The notes under the pieces are model-generated. The model was not told where the DNA came from and did not search any database. It saw only the letters and a program-made list of their open reading frames with translations. A stretch of DNA of 63,480 bases, filler included, from Pelomyxa schiedti (Eukaryota; Protista; Evosea), in NCBI GenBank assembly GCA_020536535.1. It is 10 parts of 10 records of this genome, joined end to end, with 100 filler letters (N's around TTAATTAATTAA, not from the genome) between each part and the next. Parts side by side here need not be neighbours in the genome. Positions count along the whole stretch, not along the records: positions 59,603 to 62,371 come from JAHLWZ010001895.1; positions 62,472 to 63,480 come from JAHLWZ010003012.1; 8 more parts are not named here. The stretch is one strand, 5' to 3'. This document shows, one piece after another, positions 59,603 to 63,480 of the stretch (position 1 is its first letter; every line of letters starts with the position of its first letter). The translations under genes and the position numbers were made by a program.

Positions 59603-61270
59603 CATTCAAAACTTAGACTTGTTATTAGAAGTTCATTTCCATCACATCAACAAGGCACAAGTGAGAGCGAGAAGAGGGAAGGGTCTGAACTGGTGCATAG
59701 GGTGGAATCATTTGGGTCCATTGATTGGCATCCAGAGAATACAAACACTGTGTCTGTCTCGTTGTTTCTGGCCATTGCTGCTCCAAACAGTGCTGTTTTG
59801 TGTGTGTTGGTCAAGAAGCAGTTTCCCCAAAATGAGAGAAGAAGGTAAAAATTTTACCAGGAGGATTGGTCGTGCCGCTGTTGGTCAATTCCGACCACAC
59901 GGGTATTTCGGAGCTCATGTCCAGAACCCAGGTGTCACTGAGCACTGTTCCAGAAGAGTCAATTCCGCCATACAACACAACATGCTCGGATGATGTCACT
60001 GCCATGGCTGCTGCAAAACGCGGTGAGGGTGAGGACTTGGCCGCGGCACCACCGGCGTTATTGTTGTTGCAGTTGCTGACACACATCCACGAATTGGATG
60101 AAATGGAGTAGAGCCAGGTGTCACCGAATAGTGTGCTCTCTGGTTCGCAAACTCCACCAAAGAGAACCATTGTGTCATCGCCCACCTTTTTTTATGTGGT
60201 GAAGAAAAGCGAAATATGGTGTGAATAGATACCAGAACGGCCGAGTGCTTGGAGCGGCCCGCTGGTCCATTTGTGGGTGTGATATCAACCCATCCAGCAC
60301 CTCCATTGTTGCCGTCAAAGCTCAAAAAGGTATTCAGGCACATCGACTCGGCTGTTTGAGAGGATAAGCCCTCAGAACCTCCAAAGGTGTAAATAACTTT
60401 CTATTCGTGTGTTAAAGATAGCAAGGAGCCGAATTTTGTGAGAAATAGGTACATTTTTGATGACAGATGTGTGATAAAACCGATTGGGACCGGTGCTGTC
60501 AATTGGCCAAAAGTCACCATCATAATCAGGCCAACCTGGCCAGCAGTACTTTACAACTGCATTGGACGCGTTGGCATTTTCTTGTTGAAAGATCAGAGGG
60601 GTTGAGGAGCACAAGTGGAAGGGAGTTAACCTGAACCTCGAAGCATTCCTCCATAGAACCAAATTGCTTGTACTGTGCTAGCACATGCCAGACCTAAAAC
60701 GTCCAATAAGATGCATCACTCCAAATAAAGCGGAAATATAAGGAGAAAACGGACCTGCCACTACACACCATAAAACTGAGATGTCCCTTGTCCCGGGAAC
60801 TCATCCCACCTCTGCCATTCATCATACTCAAAACGGTAAACATAGGTTGTCTTTTATTTCGAATTAGCAACAGGTAAAACCCAGCCATGCCAACCAGCAT
60901 GTGTCTTGTATATAAAAAAAAACCCAGGCAAACCAAGGTAATGGTATTCCAAATGGAATGATTATTATATTAATATTCATATGAATTGAGATACATTGAG
61001 ACTAGGCCAGAACATTCCGCCGGCGGGCAATTCGTGCGCGTCGTTTCGCCCGCCGTAAATCAACATCATCGGCTCGTCGTCGACGTGAGTCCCCGGAACC
61101 TCGATGTAACCCCCGCACCCATAATAGCGCCCCGGCGGCCACACCTTCTGTGGTTGCGCGGCGTGAGCCTCCCATATGCCGCACCATGAAGACGCTGCCG
61201 GTGGTGCAACCAGTCCCATAATTAAAACCACCAGTGCGCACCATGGGCCTCGTACTACAGCTCCTCTCAT
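59603..61270 (-). CDS. Secreted/membrane Kelch-repeat protein, multi-exon, 3' truncated
   Basis: Signal peptide; Kelch repeats PPGRYYGCG..MLIYGG, PNRFYHTS, PAGRSKHSAV..VLFGG...DTWLY, PSPRFAAAM..VLYGG..SDTWVLD. Confidence 0.85.
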
Positions 61271-62693
61271 TTTATTCGTCCTATTTTTTAAAAATAAAAG
61301 AAATAAAAGAACCTTATGTTTCTCTGGGGTTGTTTGTTATTATCTCACACTAGAGTGAGATAATAGAGGGATACCTCCTCTTGTGTGGGTGCGGAATGGG
61401 TGGTTGTTTAGGTGTGTGCAGTGACTGAGTCATTTTTACAGAGTCAGTCTCAGATGATTTCGACTTTGAAGGTCTCAGGGTGGAGGGGCCTCACTTTTCT
61501 TGTTGTGAGGATGCCTTTGGCAATTGGTTCATGGTCTCCTTTCCAGTTTCTGTTGTTCTCCATAAGAAAATCTATCTTCTTTTTTGAGAGTGTGGACATA
61601 CTGAAGCTCTTCAACACATTTGGGATCTACAAGGTCCGGAACGTCTGTGAGTGAAAAGTATTAATCGTCTATGCCGGAGTGGGGAAAAACTCACCCAGTC
61701 CGTAAAGTGAAAATTGTTTCCTTTCCTCCTCAAGGGAAGTTTTCAAAGTAAAAATAACACCTTGCTTTGAGGCAGTTGCATGCAGAGCTCTGTTGGTTTC
61801 CATTTTAAATGCAGTGGCCGCATATGATTTTTCCTCCAGATATCTAACAGAACAAAAGTGAGTATCTACTTTCAGCATGTAGAATTATGCTCACTCCTCT
61901 GTGACAGAGCTCAATCCCTCTGCTGATAAAGGCTCGTTTCCATGAGCAATGAGGTAATCCTGCTCCATGTAAACACAATACAGCAGATGGGAGAAAAAAA
62001 AACAAACAAAGGGATGAAGGTAAGCACCTTGTACCACTTGAACATCATAACTAAACGTAAAGAAAGTGTGTTAGTTACTATTTACCATAATAGGATTGTG
62101 CGTGCGAGTGCCAGGCGGAAATTGTTTTTGTGCGTGCTTATAGCTTGCGAAAGTAAACCCCGAAGTAAAAAAAAATAATTATAACATAATCTTGTGCACT
62201 AAAGTGTTTGGGGCGGGGGGGTTTCGTTTGCAATTAAACAATCAAATCAAATGAAATAGGCGCAGAGGCCGACGCACTCAGTGGCTTGTGAACCTTGTTG
62301 GTTTTTGTGGCCTGGGCCCTCCTCGCGACGACGCGTCGATCGCACCTCGCTTGCTGCCTCGCCTTGCGTGANNNNNNNNNNNNNNNNNNNNNNNNNNNNN
62401 NNNNNNNNNNNNNNNTTAATTAATTAANNNNNNNNNNNNNNNNNNNNNNNNNNNNNNNNNNNNNNNNNNNNTGAGCCATGACTCGCCCTTTCGATTGCCA
62501 AAGGAAATTGAATCAAATTGAAGCTTTAGATTTCCGTTCGTACCGCCCTGTGGCACCAGTTCCCTGCCTCCGTTTTTTGTAACAAAAAAGTCATGCAATG
62601 ATGTTGTTTGGAAGATATCCATTTATGAACAATTAGGAATTAGGATTGCTGTGGTGTAGACTTACAGACTTACATTTGTTGAAAAAATGGGTA

Positions 62694-63480
62694 CTAGGGG
62701 AGATCATCTAGTTCGGCGTCAGTGGTGTCCTTCTTGCTTCTATCAGGTAGGTTGTATTTCTTCCTGATTTCCTCCCTCTTCTTTGCATATTCTGATTCGT
62801 GGTCTTTACCTTTCCTCCTGCGAGAAGAGCTGTCGCCAATGACACTTTCTCCAGATGTTGCATCCAGAGGAGCGAAATCCTTTTTAGATTTGCAGCACCT
62901 TTTCCGGCAACAGCAACAACAGCATATCAAAAAGAATGACATCAATGCCAATCCCGCAGTCAAACCAAGTGCTATATACAATGCCACTGCCCCAGTAACT
63001 AAATCCATATTAGCACCGTGCACTTACCCATCTCCACAATATATATATATCTATATATATCTATATATATCTATATATATAGATATATATATATATATCT
63101 ATATATATCTATATATATATATATCAACACAAAAGCAACCACAATGGCCAATAAGAAAAAGTAAATTCAACCTGAGCACTGGGTCCAGTACCACTGGCCG
63201 CTCCCACAATCGAAGAAACTCCCTTGGTCGGGCCCAGTCCACCCCCCGGCGATGCACTGGGAGTCGCACCACACGCACCCAGAATCCCCAGTGCACTCAT
63301 CACACCCCCCGGCCGTGTAGGTGCTGCAGTTCACTGCCGCCGGCTGGCCAGACGACACAGAGCTGTGCCCCCCAGTCCCCGACCCAGACGTCTTGGACGT
63401 GGCGGAAGCAGTACTTCCCTGCGCATCCACGCACACCAAGAAACAAAACGCGGCAACAGCCACGCACAGAGGTTTGCCAA
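62694..63480 (-). CDS. PTTG1IP-like PSI-domain single-pass membrane protein
   Basis: PSI-like CSTY...CDEC....CVWC..QC...C....WYWTQC, an intron at about 63024-63170, a TM helix, poly-Cys, and C-terminal KREEIRKKYNL as in the PTTG1IP family. The start lies beyond the window. Confidence 0.8.
63039..63124. repeat. (AT)n / (ATATATATCT)n microsatellite inside an intron
   Basis: Directly visible. Confidence 0.95.

Noticed and set aside
1861-62471. Recurrent TTAATTAATTAA within N runs as a biological repeat
   Set aside because: It is an artificial all-frame-stop linker; genes on either side are not true neighbours.

Overview
Eukaryotic nuclear DNA: compact, with many short GT-AG introns and the standard genetic code. 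The expanded orphan gene families resemble those I associate with the archamoeba Pelomyxa; this is inference, not a database result. The window is not one locus. Nine artificial N..TTAATTAATTAA..N linkers join 10 unrelated contigs, and there are four further 100-N scaffold gaps, each next to an exact 121-bp assembly-graph overlap. Recognisable genes: a divergent cytosolic Hsp70 ending in EEVD, a Stealth-family phosphotransferase, a DUF4855-like secreted protein, an F-box protein, a UBL-vWA-E2 fusion, a Ras-like GTPase/Pol-beta nucleotidyltransferase/F-box fusion, a UBL-coiled-coil protein, a ZIP metal transporter, a GH27 alpha-galactosidase, a Kelch-repeat protein, a PTTG1IP-like protein, and many members of two orphan families. 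Mobile DNA: a decayed Helitron, a LINE remnant, a TAA-flanked MITE, and a CAC-terminated TIR element. Top findings: (1) a Pol III tRNA-Trp(CCA)-like gene with a 66-nt structured insertion in the D-loop, a Tyr-type C1:G72/A73 acceptor end and an abnormal anticodon stem; (2) TIRs with a 2-bp AA target duplication that split a host gene in frame and, as assembled, enclose about 20.5 kb including intact host genes (a possible composite transposon, with an assembly caveat); (3) the GTPase-nucleotidyltransferase-F-box fusion.
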